A DNA stretch of 64,000 nucleotides, from positions 768,001-832,000 of the forward strand of contig CAXXYH010000003.1 in NCBI GenBank assembly GCA_963677925.2, given 5' to 3'. Positions 28,432-39,274 of this stretch are shown here, one piece after another; positions within the stretch are counted from its first letter, which is position 1, and every line of letters begins with the position of its first letter. A program made the translations under genes and the position numbers. The notes beneath the pieces are model-generated. The model worked only from the letters and a program-made list of their open reading frames with translations. It was not told the DNA's origin and made no database searches. The stretch comes from Spirochaetia bacterium (GTDB taxonomy: Bacteria > Spirochaetota > Spirochaetia > UBA9216).

Positions 28432-28444
28432 ATCCTCAGCCTGT

Positions 28445-29479
<1,035 letters not shown>

Positions 29480-29600
29480 CTATACCCTCCATATTCCCTG
29501 GATATTTTATAAAATCCTTAACTATTATGTGATACTATACATTATAGTTGCTGTATACCCGATTCAGCAATGGAAGCATTTGACAGGAGTATGGATAATC

Positions 29601-30485
29601 TTGACTTCATTAAATAACTCCGTACCTGAACCTGAATATTTTTCCTCTCAGGTGAGCGATTCAAGACGTTTCTACAGGAAACTGGACATAAACAGAACAG
29701 GGGCTCTAAAGGTTGTTGCTGGAGGTCTTGAGAAAACTGTCCCCGATTACAGCATAGCAAGAAAAACATTTCCCTATTTTGGAATAGAATTCATCATCGC
29801 CGGAAAAGGAACTCTCACTCTTGGTGATACTGTCCATCCACTTTCAAGGGCGGCATTATTCACCTACAGTCCTGAAATCAATCATACCATTTCAAGTGAT
29901 TCAGAAAATCCGCTTGTTAAGTACTTTATTAATATTACAGGTAATGAGGCTGAAGAACTGATGCAGAGATATATATCCGCAAAATCTGCTGTTTATCATA
30001 TAGCAGCGCCTGAATCCATATTACTTACCCTTGAAGAACTGATAAGAACAGGCATGCTGGATACTCCATACACTGATGATCTATGTACATCGCTTGCGCG
30101 AATTCTGATTATGAAAATTGCCGAATCAGCACTGAAAGGAGATTCATTCTCAGGCAAATCATATTCAACATATTTGAGATGCAGGAAAACCATAGAAGCA
30201 GAATATCTCAGGTTATTTACACTGGCTGACACAGCTAAAATCTGCAATGTTGATGAAGCCTATCTATGCAGACTATTTAAAAAATTTGATTACAGCACGC
30301 CCTACCAATACCTGCTCAAGTTGAAAATGAATCATGCGGCTGAGTTTCTGCATAAGCCTTCGGTATCTGTGGCTGAGGCTGCTGAAGAAACCGGCTACAG
30401 TGATCAGTTTCATTTTTCGAGACTGTTCAAATCAGTCTTCGGAATAAGCCCTGGAGCGTTTTCAAGGCTTTTCAGCAAAACATGA
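29601..30485 (+). CDS. AraC-family transcriptional regulator
   Basis: C-terminal double HTH (YLCRLFKK, GYSDQFHFSRLFKSVFGISP); start uncertain (TTG at 29601 after AGGAG). Confidence 0.88.
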   Translation: MTSLNNSVPEPEYFSSQVSDSRRFYRKLDINRTGALKVVAGGLEKTVPDYSIARKTFPYFGIEFIIAGKGTLTLGDTVHPLSRAALFTYSPEINHTISSDSENPLVKYFINITGNEAEELMQRYISAKSAVYHIAAPESILLTLEELIRTGMLDTPYTDDLCTSLARILIMKIAESALKGDSFSGKSYSTYLRCRKTIEAEYLRLFTLADTAKICNVDEAYLCRLFKKFDYSTPYQYLLKLKMNHAAEFLHKPSVSVAEAAEETGYSDQFHFSRLFKSVFGISPGAFSRLFSKT

Positions 30486-30497
30486 TAATAAAGGATA

Positions 30498-31244
30498 ATG
30501 ATGATTATTACACAAAATCTGACAAAAAGTTACAATGATAAAATAGCGGTCAATGATTTTTCAGCATGTATACAGCCCGGGTCAATTACTGCTTTAATCG
30601 GACCAAATGGAGCCGGCAAATCAACTACTATCAGCATGCTCACAGGCAGCCTGAAACCGGACAGCGGAAAAGTTAAAATTGACGGCCTTGACATCTCAGG
30701 CAGGAATACCGGCTGGAAATATTCGATTGGAATAGTTACTGAAAGATTAAATCTCTTCAATCATCTGACAGTTTATGAGCACATGCTGCTTACTGCTGAA
30801 ATCTTCGGTATTTCCAAAAATGAAACATTAAGCCGGACGGCAGAGCTTCTGAAATTCTTTAATCTTGAAAACTATCAGACCACTACAGCTCAAAACTGTT
30901 CTCTTGGAGTAAGGAAAAAGACAGCATTGTCTATGGCTTTAATTTATAACCCCAAAATCATATTTCTGGATGAGGCTCTTACTGGACTTGACCCGCTCAG
31001 CCTTACCCGTACAAAACTGCTTTTAAAAAAACTTGCAGATATCGGGCATACGGTTTTTCTTACTACACATATTCTTGATATTGTTGAAAAACTGGCTGAT
31101 CGAATCATTACAATAGATGACGGTAAAATCATAAATGACTCCACATGCAGCAGTCTGCTTAAGCAGTACGGGAATCTCGATAATTTCTTCATTTCTTTCG
31201 CCGAGAGAGATGAAGAAGCAGGAAAACTCAGTTGGCTTTTATAA
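30498..31244 (+). CDS. ABC-2 type exporter ATP-binding protein
   Basis: GPNGAGKST, CSLG signature variant, FLDE, TTH. Confidence 0.9.
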   Translation: MMIITQNLTKSYNDKIAVNDFSACIQPGSITALIGPNGAGKSTTISMLTGSLKPDSGKVKIDGLDISGRNTGWKYSIGIVTERLNLFNHLTVYEHMLLTAEIFGISKNETLSRTAELLKFFNLENYQTTTAQNCSLGVRKKTALSMALIYNPKIIFLDEALTGLDPLSLTRTKLLLKKLADIGHTVFLTTHILDIVEKLADRIITIDDGKIINDSTCSSLLKQYGNLDNFFISFAERDEEAGKLSWLL

Positions 31245-32791
31245 GTGCTAAAACAGAAGCAGTTCTCAGATATCAGAGAATATTTCAGAAAAGGCAGTAT
31301 CATATAAATAAACTAAGGGGGGCTGAAGGATTTATTTCATCGTGGCTTTTAGTTGCATTATGTCTTCAAATAGTTTCAAACAATCTTTTTGTAACACAGA
31401 TATCAGATTTTTCACATTACGCTGCAGTCAAAATTTTGAGCTTTAATATTTTTCATCTCAGTATGTTATGGTTCATCGTTCCATTTTTAGTAACCAGATC
31501 AACCATCCGCGAAAACAATCTCTCTGACAGCATTCCGCTGAATTTTCCAATTAGCTCAAATGAACGATTTATTATTCACCTGTTCCGCCTTTTTAAAAAT
31601 CCGTCATTACCTGTTCTTTCCGTATTATCTGTTTTACTTCTTTTCCCTTTTCTATATTTCACCGCTCCTGCGGCTGGAATTTTTACAGGTATAATTTACT
31701 TTGTATTTTGCTTTTTCTCTTCAATCCTGTTTTTTTCGCTTGTTGAGTATTTGACACTTATTACAAATTTGTTTATTGATCTTCATTTGATTTTTTTACT
31801 GCTGCTGGTAATACTGTTATTTTCAAATCCTCATTTCACAATTGAAAACAGAGTTACCAGTATAAATATTTTTGATATGACTTTCCCTTTTATTACAGAT
31901 CTAGGTGAATTTGCCGGGAGTCTATGGTATTTAACTTCATTTATACCGTTGATATTTACTGACTCCCCCGGCTGGATTACAGGCATTCTTGTATCTCTCA
32001 GCATGATTCTGCTCAGCGGTATTTTCCTGTTTTTAACATATTTGCTTTACAAAGCACAAAATACTATAGAATCGCGTCAGTCGAAATTTGTTTTGGTGAC
32101 AGTCTTTCATGATAAATCATGTTTTAAAAAGAAAAGACTGAACCATTTCATGTATAATTTCGGTCTTTTTATTAAGACAGCAGAAATTAAGGCTTCTTTT
32201 CTGATTACAGCAGCAGCAGTATTATATATAAATTTAACAAATGATTCTTCAGTAAATGTACTGTACATCTTTATGATTTCTTTCATGCTGAATGCAGCTC
32301 CTCTTGCTAATAACTGTTTCGGCTTTGAAACTGAAGCCTTCGGAAGAATTAAACTATGGCCTAAATCTGCATTTCAATTTATCATTCAAAAAAATATTGT
32401 GTTTTTAATTCTATTTACCGTACCCGGCTGCATATACACATTTATTATCGCAATTATGACAGATTTTTATACCCCCGCTGCCGGCCTTTTAATGATTTCA
32501 GGAATTTCCTTCCTGTATCTGGCCTTTGGAAATATTTTTTCAATTTTAAAACCTGAAAAAAGAGAGATAAACCGTTTTGCAGGCCTTTCCCAGACAGGAG
32601 GTATTACCGGAATTTTATTTGCAATATTTTCGTGGTATCCTCTTTTCAAATTATTAATTGATATCAGCCCTCAAAATTATGACGGCATATTAACTTTTAC
32701 TGCAGTATTCGCAATTACATCCTTGATTGCCTATCTGATTTCATTAAAAGTCAGTATTGAATTATTTCAGAAAAATGGTTTAAGATCCTGA
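31232..32791 (+). CDS. Putative ABC exporter permease
   Basis: Many TM segments, NCFGFE motif, overlaps the ATPase gene. Confidence 0.6.
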   Translation: MAFISAKTEAVLRYQRIFQKRQYHINKLRGAEGFISSWLLVALCLQIVSNNLFVTQISDFSHYAAVKILSFNIFHLSMLWFIVPFLVTRSTIRENNLSDSIPLNFPISSNERFIIHLFRLFKNPSLPVLSVLSVLLLFPFLYFTAPAAGIFTGIIYFVFCFFSSILFFSLVEYLTLITNLFIDLHLIFLLLLVILLFSNPHFTIENRVTSINIFDMTFPFITDLGEFAGSLWYLTSFIPLIFTDSPGWITGILVSLSMILLSGIFLFLTYLLYKAQNTIESRQSKFVLVTVFHDKSCFKKKRLNHFMYNFGLFIKTAEIKASFLITAAAVLYINLTNDSSVNVLYIFMISFMLNAAPLANNCFGFETEAFGRIKLWPKSAFQFIIQKNIVFLILFTVPGCIYTFIIAIMTDFYTPAAGLLMISGISFLYLAFGNIFSILKPEKREINRFAGLSQTGGITGILFAIFSWYPLFKLLIDISPQNYDGILTFTAVFAITSLIAYLISLKVSIELFQKNGLRS

Positions 32792-32793
32792 TT

Positions 32794-33618
32794 ATGAAAG
32801 CTGAATTATTTCATAAACTATTAATAATCTTATTAATTTGTCTGTATAGTCCGCTCCTTTTATATGCCGAAACATTTCAGAATGAAAATAAACCTTCAAT
32901 GGAGAAGAATTCCATGTATAATTATGAACTGCAAAAACCCTGGAATTATGATCTGCCTGAAAATTCCCAGCGACGCTACCCACTGATAATCTCACTGCAT
33001 GGAGCGACCGGAAGATCTGACGTCTACTACACTCCGATAATAGTTAATAATGAAAAACAGATGAAAGAGTACCCATGTTTTTATATGGCACCGAACAATC
33101 CTCAGGGCTGGGGAGATGAGGCGGCATGGGTTAGAACTCAGATAGAGGAATTAAAAAAGCAGTACCCTATTGATGAAAACCGTATTTATCTGATTGGTTT
33201 TTCCATGGGAGGCTCGGGGTCATACCTTTTCGCCGAAGCATACTATAAAGAGTACGGACAATTGTTTGCCGCTATCGTACGTCTGGCAGGAAATTCAGGC
33301 TATGAACTATCCCCTCCATTGGCAGCTAAAACCTCAGTTTGGTATCACATCGGCTGGAGGGATGATAAGCAAAGGGTTATAACAGCACGGAATGCATTTA
33401 ATTTTATTAGAGATTTACCTGAATACAAAGATGCTTCTGAAAACCTCAGATTCGGTTTGGCAGGTAAACAGCCCTTCAGAACAAGAACAATTACCTTCAA
33501 CAATACAGAAATAATGAAGCTGAGCGATTATCCTCTGATGGGCCACAATCCGGACACTCCATTCAAAAATGAAGCAGTACTTGAATGGATGTTCTCCCAG
33601 TCATTATCCAACAGGTAA
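32794..33618 (+). CDS. Exported alpha/beta hydrolase (esterase/peptidase-like)
   Basis: Signal peptide, YPLIISLHG, IDENRIYLIGFSMGG, late GH. Confidence 0.8.
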   Translation: MKAELFHKLLIILLICLYSPLLLYAETFQNENKPSMEKNSMYNYELQKPWNYDLPENSQRRYPLIISLHGATGRSDVYYTPIIVNNEKQMKEYPCFYMAPNNPQGWGDEAAWVRTQIEELKKQYPIDENRIYLIGFSMGGSGSYLFAEAYYKEYGQLFAAIVRLAGNSGYELSPPLAAKTSVWYHIGWRDDKQRVITARNAFNFIRDLPEYKDASENLRFGLAGKQPFRTRTITFNNTEIMKLSDYPLMGHNPDTPFKNEAVLEWMFSQSLSNR

Positions 33619-33656
33619 CAGGTTTTTATAAATCAGATTACCTGATATAAATAAGT

Positions 33657-34319
33657 ATGAGAAAATCCGCAATAATATTCGATCACGACGGAACTCTTGT
33701 TGATTCGATTAAAGCTGTTGAAATATGTACAAACCAAGTTCTTCAAAAAAACGGTTATGCAGCTGCATCTTCTGAGCTGATTTCAGAAGGGATGGGTTAT
33801 GTTACACATGAACGTTTCGGCTTCCACTCAGGTACAGATGATATAACACGAATGCATACCATGGCAGCAGAGTTTTATACCAGTATGCATACCGGCGGAC
33901 TTGTCCACCTACAGGTTTATGAGGGTGTTCAGGAAGCCCTTGATGCCCTTGCCTCCTCAGGTTATTCAATGGGCATGGTTTCAAATAACCAGGGAATCTT
34001 CATCAGAAAAGCCGCAGCGCATCTGAAATATGCCTACGATCTGGAGATTATGCTTGGCGAGGAAAATATTAAGGCTCACAAACCTGCTCCCGACGGACTG
34101 CTCCAGGCGGCTGCCGGGCTTGCGGCACTGCCTGAAGACTGCTGGTATATCGGTGATACCGAGACTGATTACAGGGCGGCTAAAGCCGCAGGTATGAGAA
34201 GCGGACTTGTCAGCTGGGGAACAACTGCGGCTGCGGAGCTTTCGAGACTGAACCCGGATGCCCTTTTTAATCATCCTCATGAAATGAAAGCTTTCTTTCT
34301 CAGCCTGCTGTCTGATTAA
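33657..34319 (+). CDS. HAD-family phosphatase (phosphoglycolate phosphatase-like)
   Basis: IFDHDGTLVDS, SNN, KPAPD, IGDTETD. Confidence 0.88.
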   Translation: MRKSAIIFDHDGTLVDSIKAVEICTNQVLQKNGYAAASSELISEGMGYVTHERFGFHSGTDDITRMHTMAAEFYTSMHTGGLVHLQVYEGVQEALDALASSGYSMGMVSNNQGIFIRKAAAHLKYAYDLEIMLGEENIKAHKPAPDGLLQAAAGLAALPEDCWYIGDTETDYRAAKAAGMRSGLVSWGTTAAAELSRLNPDALFNHPHEMKAFFLSLLSD

Positions 34320-35959
34320 CTCCTGCCTATTTCCTCACAAACCCGCAGCAGCTCCGGAAGCAGCTGTTTCTTTCTCGAAAGAATACCGGGCAGGTCAAAA
34401 ATACCATCATCAATCCTGCTGTAAATAAGCTCTTCCTCAGCTGCTATGAACGGAGTTGATAACAGTATGGAATTTTCCTTGATAACATCTGTAATAAGCA
34501 GCATAGCCCATTTCAGCTTTTTAGCTTTCTTTACTTTTTCAAGCTCATTGATAATGTTGTTCTTCACTTCATCTATACCGTTAAGACTAATAACCTCTGC
34601 CTGACCTATTCCGAAAGCTATACCGCCTTCATCATACTCCTTAAAATCAGTACCAACAAGTTCATTTACTGGTGAGGCTCCGAGAACAGCGCTCTTCTCA
34701 AAGAGAGCTCTTCCATGATCCTCAAGGCTTACTTCACATATTTCTGCAAGTTTTTCGGCAGCATGACGATCTTCAGCGGTAGTTGTAGGAGACTTCAGGA
34801 TTATCGTATCAGAGAGTATCCCCGAAAGCATAAGCATCGCGGTCTTAGGACTGAGTTCAAGATTGTGGGAAATGAAATGACTGAAAATAATTGTGCAGGT
34901 ACTGCCCACAGGCCTTACGTTGATATATATCGGCTTTTTTGTAGGCTGTGGAGACAGTCTGTGATGATCAACTATTTCAATAATCTCAGCCTGCTCCGAC
35001 CCGGGAATACTCTGGGAGATTTCATTGTGGTCGACCATTATTATCTTTTTCAAAGGCTTTTCAATAAAACAGCGCCTTGTGACTATACCTGCAAACTGTT
35101 CGTCCTGGAATACAGGAAGACCGCGGTATCGAGAGTTTACGAGAAGCTGCTTTGCCGAATCAAAGTCAGCATCAGATTTTACTATCTCCGGCTCTGCATT
35201 CATAATTTCCTTAACAGGCGCACTCAGCCTTAAAAGACGGATGGTTTCAGCAGTATCCGTTTTAGAAATAAAAACTGTTCCCCTGTAGTTTTTAAGGCGA
35301 TCACCGACCCTTGAATCATCACTTACACCTGTCAGTATGATGGCAGGAAATTCGTTTTCAACTGCAAAATCTATGAGATCCGTACGGAGCCCTACAACCA
35401 GAAGCGGTTTGTAGGGTTTTATATCCTCTATCCTGCTTCTGCTTACCTCAACCGGCATGGCACCTGTCATTATAGGTGCGGTAAACTCTTTATCCGGCCC
35501 GCGCAGGTAAAAATACCCAGGAAGAACATCCTGAAAATTGTTAATTCTGAATCTGTATACAGGCCGGGTTCCCAGATTTTCAGAAATAAGAAAGCCGCTT
35601 ATCTGGTGAATTGTAACAATACCGCGAAAAATAGTGCCATCCTCAAAAACCGGAATACAGCTCAGGTTTTCCTCATCGAGAACCTTGATGGCGCTGAAAA
35701 CAGGCTGGTTTATATCAAGACTTTCTATATTGCGTCTTGTTACATCAGAGACCTTCGGTGCTGCATCTTTCATAAATGACGGAGGCTCTGCCCCGGCAAG
35801 TTCAAAAGCAGTTTTAGTCTGACGGTTCAGGTTTCCGCATCTTACAGGTATGTACTGATTAGAGGGATCCGTTCTGTTTTTAAATTCAGCATATGCATAT
35901 GCAGCGCATACAGAATCCATATCAGGATTCCGATGGCCGGTTACAATTATATCTTCCAT
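34316..35959 (-). CDS. ppaC: Mn-dependent family II pyrophosphatase with CBS/DRTGG insert
   Basis: GHRNPDMDS, VDHNE, VDHHR, VGSTCT, SRKKQ. Confidence 0.92.
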   Translation of the reverse strand: MEDIIVTGHRNPDMDSVCAAYAYAEFKNRTDPSNQYIPVRCGNLNRQTKTAFELAGAEPPSFMKDAAPKVSDVTRRNIESLDINQPVFSAIKVLDEENLSCIPVFEDGTIFRGIVTIHQISGFLISENLGTRPVYRFRINNFQDVLPGYFYLRGPDKEFTAPIMTGAMPVEVSRSRIEDIKPYKPLLVVGLRTDLIDFAVENEFPAIILTGVSDDSRVGDRLKNYRGTVFISKTDTAETIRLLRLSAPVKEIMNAEPEIVKSDADFDSAKQLLVNSRYRGLPVFQDEQFAGIVTRRCFIEKPLKKIIMVDHNEISQSIPGSEQAEIIEIVDHHRLSPQPTKKPIYINVRPVGSTCTIIFSHFISHNLELSPKTAMLMLSGILSDTIILKSPTTTAEDRHAAEKLAEICEVSLEDHGRALFEKSAVLGASPVNELVGTDFKEYDEGGIAFGIGQAEVISLNGIDEVKNNIINELEKVKKAKKLKWAMLLITDVIKENSILLSTPFIAAEEELIYSRIDDGIFDLPGILSRKKQLLPELLRVCEEIGRS

Positions 35960-35980
35960 TATGAACCTCAGTATACAATA

Positions 35981-36457
35981 TCAGGATAGTTTTTCACACT
36001 GTATGCTGTATTGAATTTCAAGCCGATGAACACCGTCAGTAAAAGGTATCGCAGAAATCACAGATTTCTTCGGCCACGATATACTATGCTGTTCTCCCTG
36101 AATGGTTACAGGAATCGAAAGGTTGAAATCACTTTTTGCTGCAACAGATAAAACATTTCCTGAGATAATATTTATAATCTCGCCTATCATATCATTTATC
36201 ATTTTAGCTCTTCCAGCGCCTTCAGTATTCTGAAATCGTGAGCGTTCAAGCAGAAAAGATGTAAATGAAGCTTCCACCCTTATAGCCATAATACCGTAGC
36301 AGTCACCGGTTACTCCTACAACACTGGTCACACCCCAGTTTCTTCTGTCCGGGACTTCCAGGATATACGGAGTTCCGGATTGAAGTTCAGTTTTAAACAG
36401 CATGGCAAATATGCCCTTTACTCTTTCATCAATAATTCCGGAAATCACAGAATTCAT
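35981..36457 (-). CDS. cheX: CheX-family phosphatase
   Basis: VVGVTG, GEIINIISGN (ExxN), SIPVTIQG. Confidence 0.75.
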   Translation of the reverse strand: MNSVISGIIDERVKGIFAMLFKTELQSGTPYILEVPDRRNWGVTSVVGVTGDCYGIMAIRVEASFTSFLLERSRFQNTEGAGRAKMINDMIGEIINIISGNVLSVAAKSDFNLSIPVTIQGEQHSISWPKKSVISAIPFTDGVHRLEIQYSIQCEKLS

Positions 36458-36933
36458 TTATTCTCCTTGCTTTGGATTATACTTACCTGAACTTCAAACG
36501 GGCCGTATTTGGTTGAGAAAGGTACTCCGATAATAGGGGTTTTGCTGGGCCAGGAGATGCTGTGATTAGCTCCCTGGGCAGTAAAAGGCGGAGTAAGAGC
36601 CACCTCACGACCCTTAAGGGCACCAAGGGCATTTCCCGATATAATATTTACAAACTCGCCGATCATCTCGTTCCGAAGCTGAGGTATCTCATCAGGATCA
36701 GTAATCTGAAGGCCTGACTGGCTCAACAGTTTCTCTGCCATCAGCTGGGTTACCCTGAGGACTACAATCCCTTCATGACTTCCAACTATTCCTATTACTC
36801 CTGAGATTTCCCACCGGTGGTTACCTGCCGAGTTCGCCAGAAAGGGTTTTCCGTATGTAGGCTCAATCAGAAACATTTCATAAAAGAGGTTTATGGTTGC
36901 ACTTAGAAACGGATTGATGATCGAAGCATCCAT
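36454..36933 (-). CDS. cheX: CheX-family phosphatase
   Basis: INPFLSAT, ISGVIGIVG, GEFVNIISGN, TPP. Confidence 0.85.
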   Translation of the reverse strand: MDASIINPFLSATINLFYEMFLIEPTYGKPFLANSAGNHRWEISGVIGIVGSHEGIVVLRVTQLMAEKLLSQSGLQITDPDEIPQLRNEMIGEFVNIISGNALGALKGREVALTPPFTAQGANHSISWPSKTPIIGVPFSTKYGPFEVQVSIIQSKENK

Positions 36934-36968
36934 ATATAGTTTATAATATAGAATAGTCTATTCGTCGA

Positions 36969-37484
36969 TCAGATTTTTCCTTCAGGAGTTTTTTTTGAAT
37001 ATCTCTCTATTTCATCCAGAAAATTCGGCGTAAATAACCCCTTATCCGAATTTTCAATCTCTTCAAAAGTCCAGAATCTGCCGTCAGAGATTTCTGAGAG
37101 CTGCAGATTTATTTCACCGTCATAGATCAGGCGGTAGGTCGTTACAAACTCTGTCTCATAACTGTTGCTGTGCAGATATTTATACATAAAAGAAAATGAA
37201 CTTTCTTCAACTGTTGAAATTCCCAGTTCTTCGGAAGTCTCTCTTAGCGCAGCAGCGAGATATGTCTCGCTCCGGTCAAGATGCCCCCCTACAGAAGTAT
37301 CCCACTTTCCCGGCTGGACATCCTTGTCATCAGCCCTTTTCTGCAGAAAGAGTTCTCCTTCGCTGTTAAAAACAAGGACATGAACAACCCGGTGTTTAAG
37401 TTCAGGGTTCCCGTGAACTTCACTTCTTGCTGCAGAGCCTATTACCCTGTCCTCATCATCGACTATATCAAAAATCTCACTCAT
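36969..37484 (-). CDS. NUDIX hydrolase (IDI type 1-like)
   Basis: HRVVHV, LQKRA, WDTSVGGH, ALRETSEELG; start moved to ATG at 37484. Confidence 0.88.
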   Translation of the reverse strand: MSEIFDIVDDEDRVIGSAARSEVHGNPELKHRVVHVLVFNSEGELFLQKRADDKDVQPGKWDTSVGGHLDRSETYLAAALRETSEELGISTVEESSFSFMYKYLHSNSYETEFVTTYRLIYDGEINLQLSEISDGRFWTFEEIENSDKGLFTPNFLDEIERYSKKTPEGKI

Positions 37485-37926
37485 AACTCCTCCCTGCAGT
37501 AATTTTCTCCGGCACATCATACTTTACCCATTTTACACGGCCGGAAGATACTGCATCCCTCAGCTGACGTTCTACACGTGAAAGATTCTTTGCCTTGCCG
37601 CTTTTCACCTCGACAAACACAATTTCAGTCAAATCCCCCTCATCCATTCCCTTGAAAACCAGAAAATCAACAGGTTTGCCGATAAACCTGCACTCGTTCG
37701 GATTGAATGGGAACTCAGGAAGATAGGGAGCAAGCTGCTCTGCAAACTGGCCTCCAATGACGGCCCGTGACCGGTTAAGCCTGTCCTTTACAATGGGTTC
37801 AAGCTTATGCTCCTTCCAGCTTCGCTCCTCCCTCTTTCGGCCGAATAAAATACCAAGTCGAAGGCCTATTAGGAAAAGAAGGATAGCTCCTGCTGCTGTT
37901 ACCAGATATACAAAGTCAATATTCAT
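37477..37926 (-). CDS. Membrane-anchored Holliday-junction-resolvase-like PD-(D/E)xK endonuclease
   Basis: N-terminal TM, EQLAPYLP, FIGKPVDFLVF, FVEVKSG. Confidence 0.8.
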   Translation of the reverse strand: MNIDFVYLVTAAGAILLFLIGLRLGILFGRKREERSWKEHKLEPIVKDRLNRSRAVIGGQFAEQLAPYLPEFPFNPNECRFIGKPVDFLVFKGMDEGDLTEIVFVEVKSGKAKNLSRVERQLRDAVSSGRVKWVKYDVPEKITAGRSYE

Positions 37927-38046
37927 ATGACATTATACCCGGGTGGCCGGCGGCTTGAAAGCATTCAGTAGCATTCTGCCCGATTTACTCAACAGTTTTT
38001 TTTGTTTATAATTCAGTCACTAAAAACTTACACAGAGGACAGTTAA

Positions 38047-39270
38047 ATGATCAAAGTCAATGAAAACTATGCAAAGCTGAAAGCTTCATATCTTTTCACC
38101 GATATTGCAAGAAGAGTAAGCTCATACCAGGAAGCTAATCCTGATAATAAAATAATCAAACTAGGAATAGGTGATGTTACAAGACCTCTTCCCGAAGCCT
38201 GTCTAAATGCTTTTCACTCCGCTGTTGATGAAATGGCTGAAACTTCAACCTTCAAAGGTTACGGCCCCGAACAGGGTTATGCTTTTCTTAGAGAGAAAAT
38301 CGCTGAATTTGACTTCGGTCCCAGAAATACGGGTGTAAAAGCCAATGAGATCTTTATCAGCGACGGGTCAAAGTGCGACACCGGGAACATACAGGAAATC
38401 TTCTCAAACGACAGCATAGTAGCTGTTCCGGACCCCGTATACCCTGTTTATGTTGATACAAACGTAATGGCAGGCCGAACAGGGGTATGGAGCGATGGCA
38501 GATATGATGGCCTTGTATACCTTGAATCAACAAAGGAAAACGGCTTTGTGCCCGAGCCTCCAAATGAAAAGGCTGATCTCATCTACCTCTGCTTTCCCAA
38601 CAATCCTACCGGAGCTTCAGCAACGAAGGAACAGCTCGAAGCCTGGGTTGATTATGCAAGAAAAAACCAGGCGCTTATACTTTTTGATGCAGCCTACGTT
38701 TCTTTTATAAGAGACGAGTCTATCCCTCAGAGTATTTTTGAGATCGACGGAGCAAGAGAAGTTGCAATTGAGTTTAGAAGCTTTTCAAAAACAGCAGGTT
38801 TTACAGGAACCAGGTGTGCATATACGGTCATTCCCGAAGAATGTACTGCTTACACTGCAGCAGGAGAAAAAGCTTCACTTCACCAGATTTGGAATAGAAG
38901 ACATTCAACAAAGTTTAACGGCGTATCGTACCCGGTTCAGAAGGCGGCAGAGGCTGTTTTTTCACCTGAAGGAAGTGCACAGGTAAAAGCACTTACCGAT
39001 TATTATCTGGTTAATGCCGGTATAATCAGAAACAAGATGACCGAACTTGGCTACACATGCTTTGGAGGAGATAATTCTCCATATATATGGATTGAATGCG
39101 GTATGGATTCATGGGACTTCTTCGATCTCCTTCTTAATAAGGCAGAAATAGTTACAACTCCCGGCAGCGGATTTGGAAAATGCGGAGAGGGCTATATCAG
39201 AATCAGCGCATTTAACGAGCTGGACAAGGTAAACGAGGCAATGGACAGAATAGCAAAGGTACTGGGCTGA
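38047..39270 (+). CDS. dapL: LL-diaminopimelate aminotransferase
   Basis: [42 protein letters not shown]. Confidence 0.95.
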   Translation: MIKVNENYAKLKASYLFTDIARRVSSYQEANPDNKIIKLGIGDVTRPLPEACLNAFHSAVDEMAETSTFKGYGPEQGYAFLREKIAEFDFGPRNTGVKANEIFISDGSKCDTGNIQEIFSNDSIVAVPDPVYPVYVDTNVMAGRTGVWSDGRYDGLVYLESTKENGFVPEPPNEKADLIYLCFPNNPTGASATKEQLEAWVDYARKNQALILFDAAYVSFIRDESIPQSIFEIDGAREVAIEFRSFSKTAGFTGTRCAYTVIPEECTAYTAAGEKASLHQIWNRRHSTKFNGVSYPVQKAAEAVFSPEGSAQVKALTDYYLVNAGIIRNKMTELGYTCFGGDNSPYIWIECGMDSWDFFDLLLNKAEIVTTPGSGFGKCGEGYIRISAFNELDKVNEAMDRIAKVLG

Positions 39271-39274
39271 ACTA

